Source of the DNA: Eledone cirrhosa
Taxonomy: Eukaryota
NCBI GenBank assembly: GCA_964016885.1
Contig: OZ024756.1
Coordinates: 21,762,001-21,826,000, forward strand
Direction: 5' to 3'
DNA length: 64,000 nucleotides
In this document: positions 1 through 12,939 of the stretch, in pieces
Layout of the letters: each line of letters begins with the position of its first letter
Position numbering within the stretch: position 1 is the stretch's first letter
The notes under the pieces: generated by a model
The model's input: the letters and a program-made list of their open reading frames with translations, nothing else
Told to the model about the DNA's origin: nothing
Database searches by the model: none
Made by a program: the position numbers and the translations under genes

Positions 1-131
1 CATCTCCAGAGACTCTGGTATTGAAATCCAGGAGTCGGCAACGGCAATGTACGACAGACCGACGTGGAGATGAATTGTTGAGTCTATTTCGGCTGAAACC
101 ACCTGATGATGATGATGATGATGATGATGAT
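1..131 (+). mobile_element. 3' end of RTE-clade LINE with (TGA)n tail
   Basis: Frame reads ISRDSGIEIQESATAMYDRPTWR, similar to the C-terminus of the RTE fragment at 8823-9104 (ISRDTGISRQDLGAAMGDRGFW); followed by (tga)n. Confidence 0.7.
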
Positions 132-379
132 ATACTATATCTATGATGATAGAGGAATGGAAGATCAACGCCGCCGCAAATGATAAGATGTAAAACATTT
201 CTTTCCCCACAATCTCGCTCTCTCTCACGCTATATATATATATATATATAGCGTGAGAGAGAGAGAGCGAGACTGTGGGAAAGAAGTGTTTTCAATATTG
301 TTTAACACTTTAATATATATATACATATATATATTAAATACACTTTAATATATATATACACTGCCAAATCAACCTCACA

Positions 380-635
380 AATGCAAGGTGATTGAAAGGT
401 ATGTCGTATCTATTTATTTATAAGACTGTTTATATTGTATTTTGTCTGAAGATGGCATAACATATTGTTAATATGATATCCCTGAAATATATATAACGAA
501 ATAAATATGGTTTTATAAATATAGTTTCCATTTATTTAATATCATAAATATACTCCAAATACTTGTTGAGTGCTTTTATATCAGTTATAAATATTTACTC
601 GTTGTTAACCCAACAATTTAAATATAACTTTCCAT
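380..635 (+). mobile_element. PLE pLTR-like non-coding element, family A (HHR-bearing), ending in (TA)n
   Basis: Shares HHR + aaatatggttttataaatatagtttccattt...gttgagtgc...ccaacaa with copies at ~17265, 23930, 32040, 39090, 56140. Confidence 0.75.
438..503 (+). ncRNA. Minimal type I hammerhead ribozyme
   Basis: Stem I tattttgt/acgaaata, CTGAAGA 446-452, stem II with catatt/aatatg, GAAA 484-487, palindromic TATATA, UA cleavage site. Confidence 0.8.
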
Positions 636-760
636 GTATACATATATATATATATATTAAAGTGTTAAACAATATTCAATGATTATGTCAAAGAATAAGT
701 TTTGCAGTAGATTGGAAGCACTCAACACAGAAAATAATCTTAACCATTTAACATCTCAGA

Positions 761-950
761 GTGCGGTGGATTGGCAGTATCAGTAGAGAGTCGGGCGCCA
801 TGCTTTCCACCATAGTTACGTCCCTTTACGGTCTGAGTTCAAATCCCGCCGAGGTTAACTTTGCCTTTCATCCTCACGGGGTCGATAAAATAAAGAACCA
901 GTAATGCACTGGGTAATTGCTGGCCTTGTGACAAAAGTAGAAACAATTAT
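761..950 (+). mobile_element. tRNA-head SINE (dominant family)
   Basis: A-box-like tggcagtatc..g, B-box gagttcaaatcc, central gcctttcatcct..ggggtcgataaaataaag, AT tail; ~28 copies in window. Confidence 0.85.
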
Positions 951-1010
951 ATTTTGTCTGATGAGGACGTACTGTTGTACATCCGAAATATGTATAATAA
1001 AATGTAATTG
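944..1010 (+). ncRNA. Minimal type I hammerhead ribozyme
   Basis: CTGATGA 958-964; stem II ggacgtac-tgtt-gtacatcc; GAAA 985-988; TATGTA-TA; 14-bp stem I caattatattttgt/ataaaatgtaattg (with G-U pairs). Confidence 0.85.
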
Positions 1011-1031
1011 ATCAAAAGAACATCTATTTTA

Positions 1032-1112
<81 letters not shown>

Positions 1113-1219
1113 ACTAAGTTATATTTACAACATATTTTAATACTACTTATGTGTTAATATAGAGTCTAACATTCTATAACAAAATCTCCAACGGCTGGAA
1201 AAGTGCTCAGCCGATTTTG

Positions 1220-1430
1220 AATATATACACACATACTCAAACACATACCCACTAACACTCATATATATAGACACATATACAGATATAGACACAAACACAA
1301 ACACATATAGACACAAACACACACACATATATAGATACAAACACACACACACATATATAAACACAAACACACACACACACATATATAGACATAAACACAC
1401 ACACACACACATATATATAGACATAAAGAT

Positions 1431-1480
<50 letters not shown>

Positions 1481-1489
1481 TCAAACACT

Positions 1490-1520
<31 letters not shown>

Positions 1521-1587
1521 TCATGTGAGTGTTTGAATATATATGTATATATATATATATATATATTTGTGTGTGTATGTTTATGTC

Positions 1588-1625
<38 letters not shown>

Positions 1626-1995
1626 TGCCTATTTGTGTGTGTATGTGTGTTTGTGTCTATATATATATATGTGTGTGTATGAGTTTGTGTCTATGTGTGT
1701 GTGTGTGCGTGCGTGTGTTTGTGTCTATTTGTGTGTGTATGTGTGTTTGTGTCTATGTGTGTGTGTGTATTTGTGTCTACATATGTGTGTGTGTGTGTTT
1801 GTGTTTATATATGTGTGTGTGTTTGTATCTATATATGTGTGTGTGTTTGTGTCTATATATATGTGTGTGTGTGATTGTGTGTTTGTGTTTATATATGTGT
1901 GTGTTTGTATCTATATATGTGTGTGTGTTTGTGTCTATATACGTGTGTGTGTGTTTGTGTCTATATGTGTATATGTGTCTATGTATGTCTCTGTG
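1220..1995. repeat. Inverted cryptic (CA/TA) to (TG/TA) simple-repeat block
   Basis: atattcaaacactcaca ... (TA)n ... tgtgagtgtttgaatat mirror around ~1510. Confidence 0.75.
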
Positions 1996-2174
1996 TGCGG
2001 GAAGGCTTGTTAGACAATTTTGATGCAAGATCTATTATATGAAGGAAGAGACAATAGGGACACTGAGAGACATGAGACATGGTGAGAGAGAAGATAAGGA
2101 ATGTCAGCATAATTGGTAAAGTAATCTGGAACTAATCAGTAAAATAGGTTTGCCAATTAACTAATTATAGGGCG

Positions 2175-2208
<34 letters not shown>

Positions 2209-2227
2209 GTGTGTGTGTGTGTTTATG

Positions 2228-2275
<48 letters not shown>

Positions 2276-2298
2276 CTATGTGTATGTGTGAGTTTGAA

Positions 2299-2339
<41 letters not shown>

Positions 2340-2700
2340 ATGGGGGTAGGGGGTGTTTGTGTGTATGTGTATAGGTCATTATCTAATAAATATATTAAAC
2401 AGTGTTATACACTACCATCTCAGTGTGTATGCACACACACACACACTCACACACACACATATATACAAATAGTGAAAACAATGAAATTAAACAAAAAACG
2501 GTTAATTCATAGTAAAACTCATTATTTTACGATCGTTTCTGGGGGGTAGCTCCCCGTATGTCCATTCTATTATTGATCTATGTAAAATATATTACAAACT
2601 ATCATAGTAAGAAAATATATCTAATAAAGATATACAACACTATATACACTACCATATGTATATGCATTGATGTATATATTGATGTGTGTGTGTATGTATA

Positions 2701-3069
2701 TAGGAGAAGGAAAACTCTGATATAACACCTGCAACCCTGATGGTATCCAATGATGTTGACTTGTTCTTCTTTTTGGTAAATATCATCTCGGTTAAGAGAG
2801 TGGGACTGGCTTTGTGCAGTGCCTTTACTCACTATAAAAGCTTCACGGCACAGGCATTGCTTTATATCTGGAGATCTCTCTGCACTTGTCGTCACATGGT
2901 ACCATGGGCCCAGCACTATGTGTCAATAATTGTCACAAGTGCAGTGTTTGTACCAGAGTTTTCAAGTCGCTGGCTGGACTAAAAAGTCACACTCGTTCAG
3001 TGCATCTGTAGGGGTTCTCCTACATGGATATAAAGTAGTGGCCGTACTCGAAAACGAGTTGGCAGCCAC
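2701..3069 (+). mobile_element. 5'-truncated copy of ~610-bp non-autonomous RTE-UTR-like retroelement
   Basis: Near-identical to 3124-3505, 19056-19507, 27257-27865 and reverse complement 17852-18462; common 3' end ggcagccac plus microsatellite tail. Confidence 0.8.
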
Positions 3070-3123
3070 GATGTATGTATGTATGTATGTATGTATGTAT
3101 GTATGTATGTATGTATGTATGTA

Positions 3124-3505
3124 TTTGTCAAGGCAGAATTCTAGGAGAAGGAAAACTCTGATATAACACCTGCAACCCTGATGGTATCCAATGACTTGTT
3201 CTTCTTTTTGGTAAATATCATCTCGGTTAAGAGAGTGGGACTGGCTTTGTGCAGTGCCTTTGCTCACTATAAAAGCTTCACGACACAGGCATTTCTTTAT
3301 ATCTGGAGGTCTCTCTGCACTTGTCATCACATGGTACCATGGGCCCAGCACTATGTGTCAATAATTGTCACAAGTGCAGTGTTTGTACCAGAGTTTTCAA
3401 GTCGCTGGCTGGACTAAAAAGTCACACTCGTTCAGCGCATCAGTAGGGGTTCTCCTACATGGATATAAAGTAGTGGCCGTACTCGAAAACGAGTTGGCAG
3501 CCACC
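3124..3505 (+). mobile_element. 5'-truncated copy of ~610-bp element, tandem with previous copy across (TATG)n
   Basis: Sequence identity to other copies; ctaggagaaggaaaactctg motif that I recall from RTE 5' UTRs. Confidence 0.8.
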
Positions 3506-3941
3506 AGATATATATATATGTGTGTGTGTGTGTGTAATAATTATCTAATAAAGTTATTAAACAACACTATATAACAATATACACTAACATCTGGTTTCAT
3601 ACCAGCAAACCATTTTATTGGAGATAATACTCCCCACCATCTGCTCGGCTCTCCTTAGGCGTTGAAGCTCACATCTGACTGATTACTGTATGTATGTATG
3701 TATGTATGTATGTATGTATGTATGTATGTATGTATGTATGTATGTATGTATGTATGTATGTACGTACGTACGTACGTACGTACGTATGTATGTGTGTGTG
3801 TGTATATCTACCTATCTCTCTCTCTCTCTCTTTACATATATATATATACATACATACACACACATATATATATATATATACACACACACACATATATATA
3901 TACACATACACACTCATACACACACATATATATATATACAT

Positions 3942-3972
<31 letters not shown>

Positions 3973-4549
3973 CACATACACACTCATACACACACATATA
4001 TATATATACACACACACACACTCACATATATATACACACACATGTTTGTTTCGTTACCGTTGTTGTTGTCTTTGTTAGCGGTAGTGTGTACCAGAAAAGG
4101 AAATAGCAGCTGACTTCTTTTAATGAAGTTAACATCGTCATAATTATGAACATCATGATAATTATTATAATTATAGCATTTATTGATGAACTAGAGATAT
4201 AATTACAATTTCAGCAACTACAGCAGCAATAACAACAACAACAATGTAATCCTTAATCTAAGAATTATTAGTTTTAACAACAACAACTATAAAAACAGCA
4301 GCAGCAATAATTTAATCAATAAAAATGTACATAACAGTTATATTATAAAAAAAAAATGTGTAAACTCATTAGTAACTACAACATGAATGGCAGCAGCAAC
4401 AAAAATAACTTAATCACCGAATGCAGCAATAACAATTAAAACAACAGCAATAATAATAATAAATAATAATAATAATAATAATAACAAAAACAACCAGAGA
4501 CAATTGATCATATAATTTCAATGTGCTGTCCTATAGCTCCAACCAAATA

Positions 4550-5100
4550 CCTAAACAGGCACGACATTGGATAATGTGTATGCATTTTGACCTGCCCCAT
4601 CAAAAGAATTGGTGGGAGCATCAACCTCCTCCCGTACTTGAAAAAGATCACATCTCAATCTTGTGGAACTTTAGCATCCAAACAGACCGAAAAATAGATG
4701 CAAATAGACCTGATATAATACTGAAGGACTTTAAAGGGAGGGTATGCTTGCTAATTGATATGTCCGTTCCAATAGACAAGAATGTATCTATAAAAACACT
4801 TGAAAATTTGAGCAAATATAAAGACCTGGAGATAGAGATTGGGAAATTGTGGAAGTTGAGAACTAAAACAATACCAGTGGTTGTAGCCGTTCTAGGAATG
4901 ATACCTAAGGGGTCTAATGATTACTTATCCCAAATCGAAAGAAATACAAAAGATAGTACTACTGGAAACTGCCCATATACTAAGGAAGATTCTGTCAATA
5001 TAAGTACATCACAAGTCTAAACACCTAAAGATGCATGTGTGTGTATGTATGTACTTTCTTGAACATGGCGAACCTTGTCTCTTGAGGTCACTGGTTGTGA
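4550..5100 (+). mobile_element. 3' fragment of R4/Dong-type non-LTR element (restriction-like endonuclease domain)
   Basis: ORF 4523-5020: WNFSIQTDRKIDANRPDIILKD...LIDMSVP...KYKDL, a PD-(D/E)xK RLE motif; flanked by (AAT)n. Confidence 0.85.
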
Positions 5101-5152
5101 CTTGGTGATAACTCGTATGAACATAAAGCAAGATAAATGAAATAATAATAAT

Positions 5153-5340
5153 AATTGTTTCTACTTTAGGCACAAGGCCAGCAATTAACCAGTGCATTAC
5201 TGGTACTTTATTTTATCGATCCCGTAAGGATGTCAGGCAAAGTCAACCTCGGCGGGATTTGAACTCAGATCGTAAAGGGACGTAACTATGCTAGAAAGCA
5301 TGGCGTCCAACCCTCTACCAATACTGCCAATTCACCGCCC
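5153..5340 (-). mobile_element. tRNA-head SINE
   Basis: Reverse complement of SINE consensus, full length to ccgccc. Confidence 0.85.
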
Positions 5341-5362
5341 TCTCTGAAATAATAATAATAAT

Positions 5363-5559
5363 GATTTCTAGTATAGGCAAAGGCCAGAAATTTGGGGAGT
5401 GTCGATTAAGTCGACCCCAGTACGTTACTAGTGCTTTATTTTATCGACCCCTTAAGGATGAAAGGAAAAGTTAACCCCAGCGGGATTTAAACTCAGGCCG
5501 TAAAGGACCTTAACTCTATTCTACGAAGCATGGTGTCCGATACTGCCAATCCACCGCCC
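5363..5559 (-). mobile_element. tRNA-head SINE (long 3' variant)
   Basis: Reverse complement with extra gtcgattaagtcgacccc segment. Confidence 0.8.
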
Positions 5560-5569
5560 TAAATAATAA

Positions 5570-5905
5570 TGATAATAATCCCCACAGACGACAATATAGC
5601 TTCTAATGAAATAGACAAATTCTCCAAATATAAAGATCTAGAGATAGAAATAACTCGAATGTGGAAAATGAAAAGAGAAACAATACCTATAATAATAGGC
5701 GCTCTAGGAATGATAAAAAAAAACAACACAAAGACAAATACATGGCCCAAACCCCAGGATTTGCAAATATATGCCGCATACAAAAGATAGCACTACTAGG
5801 CACTGAACGCATATTACGAAAAGTACTATCAATACAATAGAAACATCAGCAAAAACTAGACTGCTCATACTCAAGGCACACAGAGCTGTGCTCGGTAAAG
5901 CAGTA
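5570..5905 (+). mobile_element. Second R4/Dong-type RLE fragment
   Basis: IPTDDNIASNEIDKFSKYKDLEIEITRMWKMKRETIPIIIGALG aligns with the 4523 ORF. Confidence 0.8.
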
Positions 5906-5949
5906 ATGATACGCAATAGAAATAATAATGGAAATAATAATAATAATAA

Positions 5950-6457
5950 TTTAGTTTATTGCCACAAGGGCCGACATGTAGGGGAAAATACAAAGACACC
6001 GACAGTGGGGGTTTACAATATGGTCGAGTAAAAATGCACAATAGCAAAAACAATGAAAAAATATAAAATAAACTATGTATAAAAATAACAAAATAAATTC
6101 CCAAATTGGTGGTGAACTAACCAGGGGCGATTTCGGTACCCCACCAATCCTGAACCAACCGACGCTTCTAGGGTACCCGGGGAGGGCACTCCTCTCCTCC
6201 TCAAATTCACCAGCCTACAGGTGCATCGTCAGAGTAGGACAACTCACACGGGCCATTCTCGCCACATCCATCCCCCTTTTAACAAATGTACTGAGGGTGC
6301 AGAACTTCTCTCTCACCCTCACCTTCCTTTCCAAGTGAAACTTGAAGAAGTTGATGAGGGATTGGCCGAAGACAAACATGTCTGTCTTTTCAACTTGGTC
6401 CACCATACACCCTCTTTCTTCGCAACTGCCACCAGACAGAGGAAAATTGCCTGCCCT
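5950..6457 (-). mobile_element. 3' end of Tx1/L1-like LINE (frameshifted)
   Basis: FLCLVAVAK...VWWT / GQSLINFFKFHLERKVRV...ARMARV stop, then 3'UTR ending ccttgtggcaataaa; clade assignment from memory. Confidence 0.55.
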
Positions 6458-6484
6458 TTCTGAAATAATAATAATAATAATAAT

Positions 6485-7017
6485 AATTGTTTCTACTTTA
6501 GGCACAAGGCCAGCAATTACCCAGTGCATTACTGGTACTTTATTTTATCGACCCCGTAAGGATGAAAGGCAAAGTCAACCTCGGCGGGATTTGAACTCAG
6601 TTCGTAAAGGGACGTAACACGCTGGAAAGCATGGCGTCCGACCCTCTACCGATACTGCCAATCCACCTTCCCAATAATAATAATAATAATAATAATGGTT
6701 TCTTATATAGGCACAAGGCCAGCAATTTTGGAGGTGAGGAAAGTCGATTAAATCGACCTCAGTGCATGACTGGTGCTTTATTTTATCGACCCCGTAAGTA
6801 TGCCTCAGCGGGATTTGAACTCATAACGTAAAGAGCCGTAACTATATGCCGCAATAATAATAATAATGCTTTCTGATTTAGGCACAGGGCGGGCCAGCAA
6901 TTTGAAGGGGGGGGGGATATTGATTCAGTCGACCCCAGTGCGTTACTGGTACATTATTTTATCGACACCGTAAGGATGAAAGGTAAAGCTAACCTCGGTG
7001 GGATATGAACTATGCCG
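6485..7017 (-). mobile_element. Three tandem SINE copies (6485-6667, 6697-6853, 6867-7017) separated by (AAT)n
   Basis: Repeated tttattttatcgaccccgtaag / ggatttgaactc blocks. Confidence 0.8.
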
Positions 7018-7140
7018 CAATAATAATAATTATTATTATTCCTACTTTAGGCAGAAGGATAGCAATGTGCAGCGGAGGAGTGAATCTCCCAAATTAAACC
7101 CTTTAAAATTGCTAGCTTGGTGCCTAAAGTAGAAACAATT

Positions 7141-7323
7141 GGATTGGCAGTATCAGTAGAGGGTCGGACGCCATGCTTTCCAGCATAGTTACGTCCCTTT
7201 ACGATCTGAGTTCAAATCCTGCCGAGGTTGACTTTGCCTTTCATCCTTACGGGGTCGATAAAATAAAGTACCAGTAATGCACTGGTTAATTGCTGGCCTT
7301 GTGCCTAAAGTAGAAACAATTAT
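7141..7323 (+). mobile_element. tRNA-head SINE
   Basis: Matches consensus. Confidence 0.85.
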
Positions 7324-7344
7324 TAAAAATATATGGATTGATTT

Positions 7345-7530
7345 GCGATTTTGGGTAGGGGAAAGTCAATTAAATCGACCCAAGTGGGTGATTGGTACTT
7401 TATTTTAACGACTGTGTAAAGATGAAAGGCAAAGGTAACCTCGACAGGATTTGAACTCAGAATGTAAAGGGCCATAACTATATGCTGGAAAGCATATTGT
7501 CCGACCCTCTACCGATACTGCCAATCCACC
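7345..7530 (-). mobile_element. tRNA-head SINE (diverged)
   Basis: Reverse complement match ending gccaatccacc. Confidence 0.75.
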
Positions 7531-8382
7531 AGTAATAATTTCTAATAAGTCTTGCAATTTCCGAGAAAGGAGACAATTTAAAAAAAATCTACCCCAATAT
7601 TCGACTGGTACTATTTTGTCCCCCACCCCACAAGGATGGCAGCAAAATTAATCTTGTCAGAATTTGAACTTCGAATGTGTATAGCATTAATTAAATACGA
7701 CAAAGACAGCAGACACGGGGGGGGGGGGGAGACAACTAATGAAATAACTTAATAATTAAAGCTTTAAAATAAATGAAATGAACAGTAAAAAAAAAACAAA
7801 AAAAAACGATAACGGAAAATAATACAAAAAGATTGCAAGAATGAAATTTGTTTCTGGAGAAAAGATGAAAGTATAAAGAAAGTCATTATATAACAAATTA
7901 GCTTGCTGAAATTGGATGCACGGATAATTCCAGTTTTCTTGTTGGAAAGACATTAGAAAGAATTTAAAACTAAAAATTTAAAAATGAAGAAAATTAGAAT
8001 AAAAGATAAAATAAATAAACAATGAGTGAAGTGACGATTTGAATAAATACTAGCAGAAAATGACGAAGGAAATAATTACAAACTAAAGTCGAAGAATATT
8101 GTAATATACAGCTTAGTTTGGAGTCTGTTTTTAAATTAGAACAAAAATTATTTTAGCAATTCTTAAATTATCGGAATCTATGTGCAGTGAAATAAAACGG
8201 ATGGTAATGCCAGTTCAATAATGCATCTTACTATATTTAGACATAATGAGATTCCTCAACATGGTCTCAGAATGTAATCCTCATTTAGTTTCATTTATCT
8301 CGTGCAGGGATTAATTTTAAGCTATATAGCAGCCACAATCATCATGGAAAGGAATTGCTATCTCAGCAACTAATATATATAA

Positions 8383-8433
<51 letters not shown>

Positions 8434-8560
8434 ACGATTCAGTGTGCAAAACGTTATCTGACCGCTTGACCTACTATATATAGCAGCTAAATCAACCTGA
8501 AATTACAATATAGAGTCTTAAAAGAATAACTTAAATAAGGTAGTCTACTTAGCAGCAAAT

Positions 8561-8741
8561 AATTGTTTCTACTTTTGGCACAATGCCAGCAATTACCGCA
8601 GTGTATTAGTGGTACTTTATTTTATCGACGCCGTAAGGATGAAAGGCAAAGTTAACCTTCGGCGGGATTTGAACTCAGACAGTAAAGGGACGTAACTCTA
8701 TGCTACAAAGTATGGTGTCCTACCCTCAACCGACACTGCCA
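8561..8741 (-). mobile_element. tRNA-head SINE
   Basis: Reverse complement match. Confidence 0.8.
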
Positions 8742-8816
8742 AAAACAATCTGCTGGGAGGATAAGGACAATTTTCTCGCTGTCTACGACCATAGACGTGG
8801 ACATAGTATGAATATT

Positions 8817-9250
8817 TCATCATCACTCGTCGACTACTGTCGAGATGATGGATCTCACTCTCATGCCCCAGAATCCCCTGTCCCCCATCGCTGCTCCCAG
8901 GTCCTGTCTGCTGATTCCCGTATCCCTAGAGATAACGTCAGGGAATGACAGCTTCCTACTCCTAGTCAGGCTGGCGTCAGGGTTCCAGAGCAAGAGAGCG
9001 GATATGATTTCATTGCTGGCACGGTGACAGTGGCCAGCAAATTGAGCTCTCCGGGATTTTAGAAGGGCAGAGGCTCGAGGGAGTTTGCCATAGATTTTAG
9101 ACAAGGTAGGATGTCGTTTCCAGGATAGGTTTTACACTCTCATTAAGAAGCGGGTATATGTGCCATCCAATCTCCTCTCAAGTTGTGATGTTAGTGTCCA
9201 AGTTTCGGATCCATAAAGTAATATGGGCTTAATGGTTGCTTGGAATATTT
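8817..9250 (-). mobile_element. 3' fragment of RTE-clade LINE
   Basis: ILLYGSETWTL-like motif near 9200 and ORF 8823-9104 RRAQFAGHCHR...LLLW...DVISRDTG...AMGDR..W; short (tga) tail. Confidence 0.85.
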
Positions 9251-9411
9251 ACTTTATCGCAGAGGTCCACAACCACCAGTCCCTGGATCAATGTCTACCG
9301 GGCCGCAAAGAATTAATTAATAAAATAGATAAACTAAATATCGGACTTTAATCTAGAAAGATTCTAAAGATTATACACTTTTTCTTCCCTTTAATAAATT
9401 GGTCTCTTTAT

Positions 9412-9631
9412 AGGGCGGTGGATTGGCAGTATCGATAGAGAGTCGGACACCATGCTTTGCAGCATAGAGTTACGGTCCTTTACGGTCTGAGTTTAAATCC
9501 CACCGAGGTTAACTTTGCCTTTCATCCTTACGGGGTCGATAAAATAAATACCATTAATGCACTGGGGTCGATTTAATCAACTGCCTCCTCGCCCCAAATT
9601 GCTGGCGTTGTGCATAAAATAGAAACAATTA
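9412..9631 (+). mobile_element. tRNA-head SINE (long variant)
   Basis: gggcggtggattggcag ... gaaacaatt. Confidence 0.85.
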
Positions 9632-9825
9632 TTTACAGCAAGAATAATTCTGTCAAATTAATGCTTACATCGGTATATTTTATTCGTATATCTTTTATAG
9701 TAAAATTATAGTTGTTAATATATATACATATAAAATAACGCATATATTATGTGTGTGTATACACACAGACACAGGCAGATGTATGAATATATAAATTGTG
9801 TGTGGTTATGCTAATTATATGTATG

Positions 9826-9858
<33 letters not shown>

Positions 9859-10821
9859 CGTACACACAAAAGCGTAAACCATGCTTATCTATCATCTAGC
9901 ATAACAGCTAATTTTTTTTCCTCTCTTTGTCTCTATGTAACTCTTTCTCTCTTTATCTCGTTTTCTTTCCTCTCTCCCTCTTCCTCTCTTCCCCCTCTCC
10001 CTCTCTCCCTCTCTCCCTCTTCCTCTCTTCCCCTCCCTCTCCCCATCTCCCCCCCCATCCTCTCTCCCCCTCTCTAGACCGTTTCTACAAAGATTCTTCC
10101 GTAAGAAGAGCGTTTCATGAAAATTTACAAGTCATTTCTATTTATATATTCATAATTTATAAAACAGATAACTAAATACATAGAGAAATAAATAGACAAA
10201 CAAATAGATAAATATATAGATAAAAATAGACAAATAAACAGATAAATATATATTATATATAGTAGAGATACGTGAATGGGGGATGTTATATTTTCCCCCT
10301 TTCGATTCGGACCCAATCAAAATTCCATTTCTTTCAACACGAATTTTTGCTCTTTTATTTGTTATAAATACAATTATTTATTAAATAGAATTACATCTTT
10401 CTCGCTACCTTTTTCTGCTACTAACCACCATTTTCTTTTGGTTTTATCAATCAGGAAAAGATAATTCAATGTTATCTCCAAGGTTTTCGCCTTAATCTAT
10501 TGTTTTACAATTTTCCCTGATTTTTTTTCTTTGTTTTCTTTGTTAATATAATGTATTGTTTGTAGTTGTTTTGGCGTTTGTTTTTATATATTTCTTTAAT
10601 ATTTGTTTTAATAATATTATCTTAATTTTTTCTTTGTGTGTGTTTTTTTTTGTATTGTTTCTATGAGTGGTATTGTTGCTTGCTGTTATTTGTTGTTGTT
10701 ATTGATGTTGTTATTGTTATTGTCGTTGATGTTGTCATTGTTGTTGTTCTGATCTCTATACACTTTTTACGTTTATTGATCGAACGCTTATCTTTGCAAT
10801 ATTCTACAACTACAACTACTT

Positions 10822-10871
<50 letters not shown>

Positions 10872-12561
10872 GTTGCTGCTGCCGCCAACACCACCATCAC
10901 CACTACTACTACTACTACTACTACTACAAATACTATAGTGTTGGTGTTTCTGCAATTACTAGTACAAGTCACTACTACTACTACATGACAACGAGGTAGT
11001 TTTTACGTTGTCATATCAACTGCTAGAAACACCTGAGAAGTCCATCCCAATCGTGCCTCTATTGTCCTAAAAATGAAGGTACACATTAGAAGATATATCA
11101 TGCCATGTTGCTTATGTCGAGATGTATCGACTTTTGTCTTAGACAACCTCTGTAGTGTGACCAGGAAGGGCGTGCACAATTGTGAACATACAACTGCAGA
11201 TCTTCAAAAGAGAGAACATATATTATTCAGGTGGAGGTTTATAGTCTCACCAAGCATTGAGAAACCCCAGACTAAATTATGGAAGGGAGAATCTACTACA
11301 GCCCCCTTCCTCCCACATAAAAAACAAGAAATATGGGTAGGTGATTTTGAGGCATAGTATAGCATATAATGACTTGTTCGTGGTCTGGATGGCGAAACAT
11401 ATTCTCCTACGAAATCAGAAAGTGCCTGTGGGTTGGGTTGAATGTGTTTCGATGCAAAAGTTAAGTTACTATAAAGAAGAAACAGATAACCCCATAGCCC
11501 CCCACCACACGTTGTAGATTTAGGTGCGTTTAATTTCATAACCTATTGCACACACACACATACACACACAGAGACACTCTCTTTCTCACTCTTATTGTGT
11601 CCTCAATTCTTTATTGTTCTGTGCCCACCTCTATCTCATTCTGTCCACCAATTCCCCCCCTCTCTCTCTTTTCTGCTCTCACCTCGCTCTCCCTCCAATT
11701 CTATCACCATCCTCATTTCGCAAAACAAACAAAGAAACAACACTACATCCCGCACGTAATTCTCAAGAAATTTGACATTAAGTTATCGAGAATCTGATCA
11801 AAATATTAACTCTTTTATTATTGAGTTTGTATTTAGAACATAGTTTAACAAAGGTTCTTACGAAAAATTATGATGGAAAGTATAAGGTTTTATTGAGAAA
11901 TCACTCCTAAAGTATTACCATATTAATAAAAATGGTTCTGTTTCTTTCTTTTTGTGTGTATGAAAAATAACACAGAGCTATTTTTCTGTAAAGTATCACT
12001 CGTGATTTCACTTCTTTTGTACACAGTCATATCTCGTACTTAGAGAAGCGAATAATTCCACCTAAAAAGAAATAACCAAGCGAATACAGTAGTTTTAGTT
12101 CTGTATAATGCAGTCCGAAGAGGGCAAAGAATTGTCAGAATCGTTGGAACGTCGAATATAATAATGCCTTTCGGTATTCGTTCCGTCTCTCTACTCTCTG
12201 AGTTCAGATTCCGCCTTTCATTCTTTCTAAGTCGATAAAAAAAAGTAGCAGTTTAGTACTGGTGTTGATTCTTTCTATAGATCTCTTTCTCATTTCCTTT
12301 CTCTCACTCTCTGTCGTTCTCTGGCAGAAATCTGCTATATTCAGACCTGGAGAGAGATGGGATCAGCCAGGTTTACAATTGTCCCCAAAGGGCCATATGC
12401 CACTGCAGCGGCTCTACAACTCCATCAAGAGTTACAAGACGATATCAATGCGGCTTTAGTTTACTACTACTACTACTACTGCTGCTGCTACAAATATCAC
12501 TTCTAATACGTTTGTTTCTACCATCTTGAATAAGCATAATAACTAATTGTAACTTAACTAT

Positions 12562-12939
12562 GGGCGGTAGTTTGGCAGTATCGGTGGAGGATCGGACGCC
12601 ATGCTTTCCAGCATAGAGTAATGTCCCTTTACAGTCTGAGTTCAAATCCTGCCGAGGTTAAATTTGCCTTTCATCCTTACGGGGCCTATAAAATAAAGTA
12701 CCAGTAATGCACTGGAATAATTGCTGGCCTTGTGCCAATAGAAGAAGCAATAATTGTTTCTACTTTAGGTACAAGGCCAGCAAATACCCAGTGCATTACT
12801 GGTACTTTATTTTATCTACCCCGTAAGGATGAAAGGCAAAGTCAACCTCGGCGGGATTTGAACTCAGATCGTAAAGGGACGTAACTATGCTGGAAAGCAT
12901 GGCGTCCGACCCTCTACCGATACTGCCAATGCACCGCCC
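12562..12939. mobile_element. Tail-to-tail SINE pair (12562-12752 +, 12752-12939 -)
   Basis: Second copy flanked by duplication gaagaagcaataat (12741, 12941), so it inserted into the first copy's tail. Confidence 0.85.

Noticed and set aside
761-850. tRNA genes
   Set aside because: A/B boxes belong to SINE heads; no complete cloverleaf.
2521-2560. GAAA-CGATCG-TA half hammerhead on minus strand
   Set aside because: Related to the 49512 family but has no CUGANGA; relic only.
2602-3574. Recurrent small ORFs MLGPWYH.../MVSNDVDL... as a gene family
   Set aside because: They recur only because the 610-bp element is repeated; they overlap on both strands and show no domain.
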